34,341 nt of DNA from Tolypothrix carrinoi HA7290-LM1 (lineage in GTDB: Bacteria; Cyanobacteriota; Cyanobacteriia; Cyanobacteriales; Nostocaceae): contig JAHHIK010000090.1 in NCBI GenBank assembly GCA_019358935.1, positions 1 through 34,341 on the forward strand, written 5' to 3'. The notes under the pieces are model-generated. The model saw only the letters and a list, made by a program, of their open reading frames with translations. It was not told the DNA's origin and did not search any database. Position numbers and translations under genes: made by a program. Positions 20,476-29,459 of this stretch are shown piece by piece. Positions within the stretch are counted from its first letter, which is position 1. Each line of letters opens with the position of its first letter.

Positions 20476-21795
20476 TTGCAGGTTTTTGGAAATTTTGGTG
20501 CGTTTGCCCTGATTGAACAGGCGATCGCTAAAACAAAAGCATCTGAGAAGCGAAATCGCTCTTTACCAGCACAGTTGGTAGTAAGTCTTGTAATTGCCAT
20601 GAGTTTCTGGTCGAGAGATTCGATGAGAGATGTGGTGAAAAACTTAATAGATGGTATATCAGAAGCATGGGTCAAAGTTGGTAAATATTGGCGAGTGAAA
20701 GCGCAAATCAGCAATAACTCAAGCCCGACAAAGATTGGGAGCAAGGGTAATGAGCCAATTGTTCCATCAGGTAGTACGACCAATGGCTAGCAACGAAACT
20801 ATCGGAGCATTTCTCAATGGACTGCGAATAGTGGGGAAGCGATGGTACTTGCTTTGATGTACCAGACAGCGATGAGAATGTAAGGGTTTTTGGTCGTCCT
20901 GGCAGTCGTCCTGGAACACAAGCAGCATTTCCCTTTCGTCAGATTAGTGATCTTGGTGGAGGCTGGAACACATTTGATTTTCGACGCATTCATGTGTCCA
21001 TATCGGTAGGAAGTGCGAGTGCGGGCATTGAAATTATTACGCTCTGTTAGTTCAGGGATGTTATTGATGTGGGACAGAGGAATACACATTCCTACGCAAT
21101 GGTACAAGCAACAGTTGCCTCAAGTTGTGATTATTTAGGAAGAATCCCAGCTAACGTCAAGTTCTTAGTTGAAGAACCTTTAGCAGATGGTTCATATTTG
21201 AGTTGGATTTATCCATCGGGTAAATTAAGAAAAAAAGGTTGTCAACCTATACTCTTACGAGTTATTGAGTACACAATTGAGAATCTCGATAAACCAGATG
21301 AACAACTGAGATATCGCTTAATTACCAGCTTGTTAGATATCGATAAATTTCCTGCCCAGCTACTGGCGATGGAATATCACCAACGTTGGGAAGTCGAAAA
21401 TACTATTGATGAACTCAAAGTACATCTTTTGGGACGAAAAACCCATGTTCGCTCTCAAAAACCGAGGGAAGTCGTGCAAGAAGTTTATGGGTCGTTACTG
21501 GGACCCAATCGCTGTGCGCTCTTTGATGTTCCAAGCTGCAACTAGGGCTGGAATCGCGCCTTTACGTTTGAGTTTTACTGGTACATTGCGAGTTATTCGT
21601 CGCGCTATCCCAAAATTTCAACGTTCTTCACCTCAAGAACTACCCTTTTTTTAAGTTGGTTGAGTGTCGAAATTCTTGACACTTTATTGCCTGAGCGTGT
21701 TCATCGAAGTAACCCTAGAGTTATCAAAAAACCTGTATCAAAGTTTCGCTCGAAAAGACCTCAACACCGAGGTAATGGTACTCGAACTCATCCTC
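20476..21795 (+). pseudogene. IS4 family transposase, many frameshifts
   Basis: KRNRSLPAQLVVSLVIAMS N-terminal domain, LLMWDRG, RLITSLLD..FPA..LAMEYHQRWEVENTIDELK (YREK-type motif). Confidence 0.88.
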
Positions 21796-21900
21796 CTGGA
21801 TGTACCAGTCGCGTAAGCTGGGTGCATCCAGTTTCGGTGGAGTCAGCCAAAACAAAGCATCTGCATCCTGTGTTGTCTCGATCAACCCTGAAGTAGAGTA
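21796..21900 (-). pseudogene. Small internal fragment of an NmrA-like NAD(P)-binding protein
   Basis: TQDADALFWLTPP motif. Confidence 0.45.
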
Positions 21901-21961
21901 GCACTGGCTGAAATCAGCTTCCAGGTTTCGAGTAACGGGTTCTCCTGAGTTGATGACACAG

Positions 21962-22668
21962 ACATGAAAATTTGAGTCGTGAGCGGAGTGTAGCCAGTCG
22001 CACTCAGCTTGAAATGGATGTGAGCCGCCCGCCAAGTGTGTCGTCCCAGGAGGCGCAACACCTCACCGCAGAATCCGCTGGTTGGTACGTTGTATCCACT
22101 TGGCACAATGGTTTCAAAGCTGTAGTTGCCGTCACCATCGGTGTAGAACTGCCCGCGAAAGTTTCCGGCGGGTTGGGATGGGTCTTGGATGTCGTACAGT
22201 CCCTTAGAGTTGGGTTGCCAGACATCGACCAGCGCATTAGCAATTGGTTCCCCGTTGACATCTAACACGCGACCTGAAAGGAACAGTGGCTCACCCTCCG
22301 CATCAACGCCAATGCGATCGCCCATTTGTCGTTCGGGTGCATTGGGGACATAGAGCGGTCTCTCTAGATTGCTCTCGGTTGCCTTACCGTTCGTGTCTTG
22401 TAGCAGCAACACTAGCTCCGAAATGCCGAGCAAATCGGTGAGCGCGTGAATTTCCCCGTCTGGGATGTCTTGCGTGTGGCGGCTAGCCCGCTACTCGGAA
22501 ATCACGCCCCTGCTGCAATTCTGGCTCGGTCAAATTTACTTCTCGGACAAAGGCGTGGAGATGCTTCACCAGGCTAGTGTAAATTTCGTACAGGCGCGGA
22601 TGGGTTTTGCCGCCGTCACCGTGGTCAATCACGGCTTGCGTAATGTTGTCGATCGTGATTGCCTTCAT
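21962..22668 (-). pseudogene. Intradiol ring-cleavage dioxygenase (catechol/hydroxyquinol 1,2-dioxygenase-like), frameshifted and C-terminally truncated
   Basis: LVKHLHAFVREVNLT, VDVWQPNSKGLYD, NFRGQF, WRAAHIHF, LTTQIF. Confidence 0.88.
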
Positions 22669-22708
22669 AAGTTGTCCCCAATGTTCGATATGTGAATGAA
22701 CTGTTGTA

Positions 22709-22780
22709 GCGATTGTGTGGATGAGCAAATGAATCGGCGCTTCGGAGCACTCTTGATGGCGCAAACTCCCAGTTCCGCTT
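22709..22780 (-). promoter_or_regulatory. Conserved leader motif, copy 2
   Basis: Ends 40 bp upstream of the dioxygenase ATG; homologous to 13049-13119. Confidence 0.55.
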
Positions 22781-22814
22781 GTCCGGATCGATATTGATCG
22801 GGACAGATTGAGGA

Positions 22815-23107
22815 CGACAATAGAGCGGTTCTGCTGAGGCAACGCCTTCAAAGCTTTGGTTGTGATACAATCGACGACGCGGGAAAGTGGTGAGATTGAC
22901 AATGTTGCGCGCCTGCGGACTTACGAGAACAATATCAGCGTTCATGCTGCGATGCAAACGAGTATTGCTGTTGTAGAGAGCAGTGCGAAATCCCAGTTGC
23001 ATAAACATCATCATATCTGCGAATGCAATTCCCGCCATCGCAGCCATCAACCGACCTCGCTCACGACTCACCTGCAACCAAGCCAGCGGGACTCGACGTT
23101 TCATCAT
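22815..23107 (-). pseudogene. devC: DevC-type ABC exporter permease, N-terminal fragment
   Basis: PLAWLQ...RLMAAMAGIAFADMMMFMQLGF..ALY.SN...FPRRRLY. Confidence 0.85.
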
Positions 23108-23113
23108 TGACTC

Positions 23114-23506
23114 CTAAAGACTAAATCGCTTCTGACGATGCGCCTTTGAGGGATATTTCAACGGCGTAAATTTTCCATATTCGGTCATCCATCGCTCTGC
23201 AACGTCCCAGCTAGGCAGTTCAGAACTGTCTTGGTTCCAGTGCACAACCGAGGCTTCATCACACCACTCAACTAATTTTGGCATCGCTTCACGGTGCGCA
23301 CCCGCCAGCATATAAGCCCGCATTGAGGGTTCATCGTCCCAAGCGGTTAGCGTCCAAAAAATTGTTCTGGTTTGCGATCGCGTGGTGGTATGAATGTTGC
23401 CAGGAGCACGTTTTGCTTGAAATTGGCTGCGAACGGCATACCCCAGAAAAGCTGGGAGATAACGCAGCGATCGTAACCGTAACCGAGTCACTGAAATGAG
23501 TGCCAT
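23114..23506 (-). CDS. DUF3291-like / ABM-fold protein (130 aa)
   Basis: MALISVTRLRLRS..., FWTLTAW, GAHREAMPKLVEWCDEASVVHW; AGGAG RBS before ATG at 23506. Confidence 0.75.
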   Translation of the reverse strand: MALISVTRLRLRSLRYLPAFLGYAVRSQFQAKRAPGNIHTTTRSQTRTIFWTLTAWDDEPSMRAYMLAGAHREAMPKLVEWCDEASVVHWNQDSSELPSWDVAERWMTEYGKFTPLKYPSKAHRQKRFSL

Positions 23507-23532
23507 GACTCTTCTCCTACCCAATTCAAGGA

Positions 23533-23651
23533 AAGCCCTCCGATTAAAATCGGGGCTACACAAACAATGTGTGCCTCCGCACACCACAAAGCAGTTGTAT
23601 CCATCAGTCCACGAAGGTGGACTTTGTTCGACTAGCCGCGAATTCATTCGC
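23533..23651. repeat. Cyanobacterial REP-like hairpin repeat
   Basis: GCCCTCCGATTAAAATCGGGGCTAC, GTCCACGAAGGTGGAC and GCGAATTCATTCGC hairpins. Confidence 0.6.
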
Positions 23652-23670
23652 CGAGTACCGATCCAATGGT

Positions 23671-24057
23671 TTAGCTGAGATCAATCCAAATCGATTTGGT
23701 GTGCGTATAGTTCTCCATCACCTCTTTGCCAAACTCGCGCCCAAAGCCAGACGCTATCAGCAAACACGATATTTGCAGATTTACCACCGAGTTCCATTGT
23801 GGTTTTCTTCAGCGTATCAGCACTGTTGCGAATGATGCCAATCCCGACTTCTGTTGAACCTGTAAAGCTGCAAAATTGTTGATCGCGGGATGCTTCACAA
23901 GCTGGTCGCCGACTCGACCACCGGGTCTTGTGATCATGTTATAGACCCCTGCGGGCAGTCTGGCTTCATCAAAGATTTCCGCGCCAATGCGATCGCAGAT
24001 AGCAGTGTCGCACTGGCAGGTTGTTGTCTGCTGCTCTACGTTTGGTGCTGGCTGCAT
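23671..24057 (-). pseudogene. Aldehyde dehydrogenase collapsed by internal deletions
   Basis: Start with GGAGG RBS, then [24 protein letters not shown] and [20 protein letters not shown] within 387 bp. Confidence 0.85.
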
Positions 24058-24081
24058 GGAATCCTCCTTGTCTTATCTAAC

Positions 24082-24163
24082 TTGAGTGTAATTAGTTTCA
24101 ACGCTCAACTTCTTTGGCGATTCTTACAACGCTTTATCAGATTCTTATGGTGTTAGCGAACCG
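24082..24163 (-). promoter_or_regulatory. AraC-tail promoter module, copy 3
   Basis: TAAGAATC repeats at 24119-24126 and 24140-24147; TACACT -10 box. Confidence 0.72.
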
Positions 24164-24272
24164 ATATCGTTCAAGAGTTTGCCCGTCGATACCTTGGACA
24201 AAACCAATGTATGCAGAACAGTTATACCCACAGATTACCGCAGCCGCTTCCTTTGAGAAATTGCTGTCGGTT

Positions 24273-24695
24273 CTAGAGAAGTCCGCCATTGGCTTGAATC
24301 GTTTGTGAGGTAATCCATCCGCCTTCCTCACTGACTAGAAACGCAACCATATTAGCGATATCGTTCGGCTCACCTAGACGACCGAGTGGTGTTTGTTGCT
24401 TCAGTTGCTCCAACACTGGTGGTGGTAATATCAAGCCATCCGTTTGAGTCACACCCGGCGAAACGTTGTTAACCGTTACGCCTCGCGCCCCAAGTTCCTT
24501 AGACAAGCACAGAGTAAATAGTTCCGATGCTGCCTTGCTACCTGCATAAAGTCCTCCTGCTGGCATGGGCAGTTTAGTCCCCTGCAACAAAGAGTCGCCT
24601 TGGTTGCCCCTGCCGTAGCCAGAGTGAGAGCGATAGCCCGACCAATGCCTTTGAGAAGCACCAGTGATAATAGCAACCTTTCCTTTAAGACTCAT
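24273..24695 (-). pseudogene. SDR oxidoreductase with a central deletion at repeat scar D
   Basis: KVAIITGAS.GIG.AIA followed almost directly by LYAGSK, GVTVNNVSPG and PLGRLGEP. Confidence 0.85.
24579..24604. repeat. Core-less scar (copy D) of the 114-bp element
   Basis: CCCCTGCAACAAAGAGTCGCCTT is identical to the left end of copies A and B, followed by GGT as in the right flank. Confidence 0.8.
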
Positions 24696-24751
24696 AGTTC
24701 AAACACTCCCTGGATTTCAAACATCTGTTCTATTCCACTCAATCTGTTTTG

Positions 24752-24839
24752 GGTAGTGTTCTAGATTAGTGGTTAAGACTCCTGAAACGTTCAACATGTA
24801 AACCCTTCAGGCTCATAGCAACAAATCTAGAACACCACC
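24752..24839. mobile_element. 88-bp MITE with IS1-like ends
   Basis: IRs GGTAGTGTTCTAGATT / AATCTAGAACACCACC (15/16). Confidence 0.7.
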
Positions 24840-24852
24840 GTTCTATTATCTA

Positions 24853-24980
24853 AAGTGTATTGAAGTGTATTGAGTTCCAATGCTTGACTCTTTTTTTGAT
24901 TCTTACAATGATTTGTTAGATTCTTATGGTGAAGCGCGAACTTGTTTCGGTGTCATTCCAGTGAGGCGTTTAAACTGTTT
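24853..24980 (-). promoter_or_regulatory. AraC-tail promoter module, copy 4, with a duplicated -10 box
   Basis: Repeats at 24898-24905 and 24919-24926; tail KQFKRLTGMTPKQVRASP*; 10-bp tandem duplication AAGTGTATTG. Confidence 0.75.
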
Positions 24981-25069
24981 ATTTACCTGCGGAATGTTGG
25001 ATAATCTACGCCCCTTTTCGGTTAAGCAATTTGTTATGCTATGCGGTGGGTCGTGCGGCACCCCGCTCG

Positions 25070-26044
25070 TTAATCGCGCCAGCGATAATCCACAGGCACC
25101 CAGGTATAACCCTTATCTTCTGCACGGATGTGCCCCACTCCTGGAAAGGGCAAATGTGCAGCTGCGACTAGGCGGCGTGATTTTTCTGCACGGGCAAATT
25201 GTTTCGCCCGTTGCTCTGCTGCGGCATTGGAATTGACATCGTAGACAACTGTGATTTTAGGATTCGGAAATTGAATCGATAAGACGTGAAGAATATCGCC
25301 CCAAAACGCGGGGGCGATCGCAAGAGCTTTCAACTACATAAAAGCTGTGTCCCGGCGTGTGCCCAGGCGTGGGACGCGCAGTGATTCCTGGTAAGATAGC
25401 TGTCTCGCCAGAAAACGATTTAAGCTTGCCTGCATCGAGGTAGGGTTTGACCGTTTTGACTGCTTCATCGAAATATCTGCGGTCGAGATGCAATCGCTCT
25501 GCATTCGCGGCATTCGCGGGATCGAGCCATAAATCGACATCAGGCTTGCCAACGTAAACTGTGGCAGTAGGAAACATCAGTCGCCCATTTTCGACTCCTC
25601 CGCCGCTATGATCGGCATGAATATGGGTAAGGAGAATCATGTCGATCTCATCTGGTGCATAGCCTGCTGCCTTTAACGACACTTGCAGCTTGCCACCTAG
25701 CTTTGGCCCGAACAATTGTCCTGACCCAGTATCCACTAACACCTGTTTATCTCCAGTATCGATAAGAAACGCATTGATTGAGGCTTCAACAGGGTTCGCA
25801 AGGAAGTTTCTATGGAGGAGATGCTTGATCTCTGCCTTTGTTCGCATTAGTTAGAACCTTATGGAGATCTTGCGGTACTGTACCATCGCGCTTGTGCCGT
25901 AATCGTGAATTCGCCTAACCTAAAAGAGTAGACACCCGGTACTTGAGCTTTTATAGTTTTACCTGTAGCCATCCCTGAAGAAATATACGAGGTTGTAATA
26001 ATCAGTACTGTGGTTATAACAGCTAAAATTGCTCTAAAAAACAT
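25070..26044 (-). pseudogene. MBL-fold metallo-hydrolase (methyl-parathion-hydrolase-like) with signal peptide, frameshifted
   Basis: THIHADHSGG, PGHTPGH, FWGDILH, AHLPFPGVG; hydrophobic N-terminus. Confidence 0.9.
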
Positions 26045-26145
26045 GGTGGATGTATCCGGTGAATCTTCTGATAAAAGTCGGAGGAAAGGGCAAGGAAGCT
26101 ACAGTGGTTTATTCCTGAAGTTACAAACCATGTCCTATCTATCCC

Positions 26146-26209
26146 AAATGTAATGAGTTCCAACGCTCAACTTCTTTGGCGATTCTTACGATGATTTATC
26201 AGATTCTTA
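26146..26209 (-). promoter_or_regulatory. AraC-tail promoter module, copy 5, still attached to its araC gene
   Basis: Repeats at 26181-26188 and 26202-26209; the distal repeat begins with the araC stop codon; TACATT -10 box at 26147-26152. Confidence 0.78.
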
Positions 26210-27126
26210 TGGTGAAGCGCGAACCTGCTTTGGTGCTATTCCAGTGAGGCGCTTAAACTGTTGCGTCAAATGGCTTTGACTGGAGAAACCCACTTGTAAT
26301 GCAATGTCCGCGATCGCCAAATCCGTTTTCGACAGCAGCAATTTCGCCCGTTCCACTCGCTGTTGAATCACGTACTGGTGCGGAGAAATACCTGTAGCGC
26401 GTTTGAACAAACTGGCAAGCGGAAGTGGGGCTAATATTGATGACTTCTGCAATTTGTACCAGTGATAAATCTCGGTCAAGGTGAGCGTGAATATAATCGA
26501 TCGCTTGTTGCAACTGGGTACGAGTTAAGCTTCTGTCAAGAGACGTGATGATTTGTGCGGACTTAGAATAGTGTTGCAAGAGATGAATGACTAACACTTG
26601 GGTCAATGATTCGACATACAATTGACCCATCATGCCACCTGAGCGCAATTCAGCTAAAAGCAGCATTGCAATATGCTGAAGATTCAAGTCCTGCTTACAG
26701 AAACAGTTCACGAGGTCGAGCCGCTCTGTATCAATTTCAGACGCTTGGGCAACTTGTCCGACCAACTTCGGCTGTAAGTGAATATGTAGTTCTGTATGGT
26801 ATGAATCACTTCCAAAGACAACGCCAGTAGCTCGGTTGTCCAGCAGGAATAAAGATGCTGTCACCCTTTTGAACAGTTGATTCATACAGGCGATCGTCAC
26901 GCTTCTGGGTCAAATGGCCGGGATGTCCCAGGGGTAATTTGAGCCAATGATCTGACAGGGCAGGAAGTTCACTTTCACCTGGAGTCAGAGGATTCTGATA
27001 CTGCTCAACCAAGATACCATTCCAGTCCATTTGCCGACTGGACAACACCAGAGTTTTATTATTTAACCGATGGTTGAGTTCGATTGGTCTAAGAAGGGTA
27101 CCTGTCACAGATTTTGTTTTTAACAT
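26207..27126 (-). pseudogene. AraC family transcriptional regulator, two frameshifts
   Basis: WNGILVEQY, LYVESL, AIDYIHAHLDRDLSL, IADIALQVGFSSQSHLTQQFKRLTG. Confidence 0.92.
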
Positions 27127-27231
27127 TTAACTTATCTATTTGATTTAGTGCTATTCTTAAATCGGTCGTGTTACAAAAAAAATTGTACCTACTTTCAGCA
27201 CCTTGTTATCGAAATCTGTTGGCTGCTGATG

Positions 27232-28188
27232 TTAGTATTTGTTTGCAGTCGGGCTAAATAAATTTTCTTCAATCAAAGTGCGATTGATGAAAGTGGCAGC
27301 AATCGTCCCACTCGTAACAGCTAAAGCTATCTGTGAATAAGGGCTAGACACATCACCAACAGCATAGAGTCCAGAAATCAAGGTTTGCTTGCTGTCATCA
27401 ACTTGTACTATGTCATCGCTACCAAATTTACAGCCTAACTTTACAGCTAGATTGCTGTGCTGATACGGTTGAGGGCGTAGAAATATACCGCGACGTGGCA
27501 GCACTTCATGATTCGTAAAGACAATACCTGTTAGTTTGCCGTCTTGATGTTCTAGTCGGGCAATTTTTTCTTCTTTGTAACTGAACTCTCCAATCTAACA
27601 ACTGCTGTCGTTGCTCATGACTTAATTCGGCAGAACCATCACAACAGAGAACTAAATCGCGGCTCCAGCCTGTCAGCATAAATGTCATCTCAAATCCCAC
27701 CTCCCCTTTGCCATAAATTGCTGGCATCCTATCGATCGCACTTCCCAACCGTGACAGTAGGGACAGTGAAAAATGCTGCTGCCCCAAAGTGAGAGCGAAT
27801 CCATCAATCGGCGGAAGAGTATCTTTCATTCCTGTGGCTAATAGCAGTTTCCAAAAGACAAATTGTTTGCCATCGCTCAGGGTAACTTGAAAGCGATCGC
27901 CCAATTTTTGAGCATCGACAACTTCACCCACCATGATTTCGACTTGATCGTAAGGACGCAATTGCTCCCGTCCAATTTGCAGAAGTTGTGCGGGTGAAAT
28001 TCCATCTCTGGAAAAGAAACTATGAGCAGCATGAGAAACTTCATTGCATGGCTTTCCAGCATCGCAGACCAATACCCGTTTGTAAGCTCGTCCTAGCACA
28101 AGGGCGGCACTCAAACCCGCTGCACCTCCACCGACGACGTTAGCGGAGCTTTGCCGTAAGGCATCGCATCAAAAACATCAGTATTCAT
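27232..28188 (-). pseudogene. NAD(P)/FAD-dependent oxidoreductase (thioredoxin-reductase-like)
   Basis: Reconstructed MNTDVFDAIVVGGGAAGLSAALVLGRA, LLLATG, FHCPYCHGWE, GLYAVGD; several frameshifts. Confidence 0.9.
28140..28162. repeat. 23-nt SDR5-like insertion into a HIP1-like site (ACG^ATCGC)
   Basis: Removing TTAGCGGAGCTTTGCCGTAAGGC restores the reading frame DAIVVGGG. Confidence 0.8.
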
Positions 28189-28189
28189 A

Positions 28190-29332
28190 AGACCTGTCCG
28201 AAATATAAATACGGCATAAAAAAGTGGTAGAAGAATAAAATGTGTATCTACCACTCAAAGCAAAAATGTGTATTGTACCTGATTATATCGAAAAATATCC
28301 ACGACGGACAAAGCAAATATTAGGGATTACCTATGAACAGTTGCATTTGCTAACAGAATCATCAATTATTAGGCATAGAGAATTAGAAAAAATTAAGGAG
28401 CATCAAAAAATTAGAATTAATGCAGTTGGAGGTGGAAGACCACAAAAATTATCATTCTCTGCACAAGTATTATTATGCTTATTCTACCTCAGACAGATGC
28501 CATCATTTGAGATTTTAGGAATGCTGTTTGGTATTTCCACGCACAGAAGCGAATGATACTTTTCATTATTGGAGGAAAATCATTCGTAATATCTTGCCAG
28601 CTAGCCTACTCAAAGAAGTCTCAAAAAAAGATGGAGATTTGGCAGTTGTTCAAGAAATTTTAAGCAATTTTCAATTAGTAGTTGACAGTGCAGAACAGCC
28701 TATAAATCGACCATCCCAGCCAGAGAAGCATTCAACTATACTACTCAGGAAAGAAAAAACAACATACACTGAAATTGTCAGATTGTTGGTCTTCCTTTAG
28801 CTCAGGATATTGTCGATGTAGAAGTAGGCTTCCTGGGGCGATCGCAGATATAAATTTATTTCGTAATCAACAAGAAAAATTTCACAATAAACAAGGATTT
28901 GGAGGGGATAAGGGATATCAAGGCGGTAAAAATATAAAGACTCCTCATAATAAAAAAAGAAAGCAAGAATTGAGTGATGCACAAAAACAAGAAAATAAAG
29001 TATTTTCGAGTAATCGGATATATATTGAGCATCTCATAAGATTGGTGAAAATTTTTCAAATAGCATCTCGCAGATTCCAACTGAAAAGCGATGTTTACAA
29101 TGAGATAATTTTCACGGTATGTGGATTGGTAAGGTTGAGAATTGGTAGTTTGATTTTAGCAGTTCCTGACGTTAGAAAATAATGGCGATCGCCTGAAATT
29201 GTAGAACTCTATTGTTCTGGTCTAAACTATCAGTAACGGTATCAAACCCTATTTATTACATTGAAAGAAAATCTGCACTATTGTGGTCTGAAAGCCTTGT
29301 ATATACTCGCTTGCAAGTTTTAGGACGGGTCT
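28190..29332 (+). mobile_element. IS5-family (ISL2-like) insertion sequence
   Basis: IRs AGACCTGTCCGAAA / TTTAGGACGGGTCT; ATA target duplication. Confidence 0.85.
28266..29182 (+). pseudogene. IS5-family DDE transposase, frameshifted
   Basis: GGGRPQKLS, LVVDSAEQPINRP, GDKGYQG, RIYIEHLIRLVKIF. Confidence 0.88.
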
Positions 29333-29459
29333 ATAGCTTGTTCTAATGAAAGCTGGCATTAAGTTAGCAGTAAGAGAAAATTGAAACTTAGCACGCGCGA
29401 AGTCAGCAGCCGATTGCCCAGAAACATCAGGCTCCGTCGGCAACACGCGCAACGGCTTT

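Noticed and set aside
25018..25075. GCATAAC-AAATTGC after the MBL gene as a second attC
   Set aside because: No matching L'/R' half; at best a remnant. The GC hairpin beside it may be a terminator.
2931..26260. Recurrent GATTCTTA repeats as a CRISPR array
   Set aside because: Only paired 8-mers at dispersed loci; no 25-40 bp repeat/spacer periodicity and no cas genes.
27185..27236. CTAAC...GCTGAA after the oxidoreductase stop as an attC
   Set aside because: Pairing too weak and no GTTRRRY box at the right spacing.
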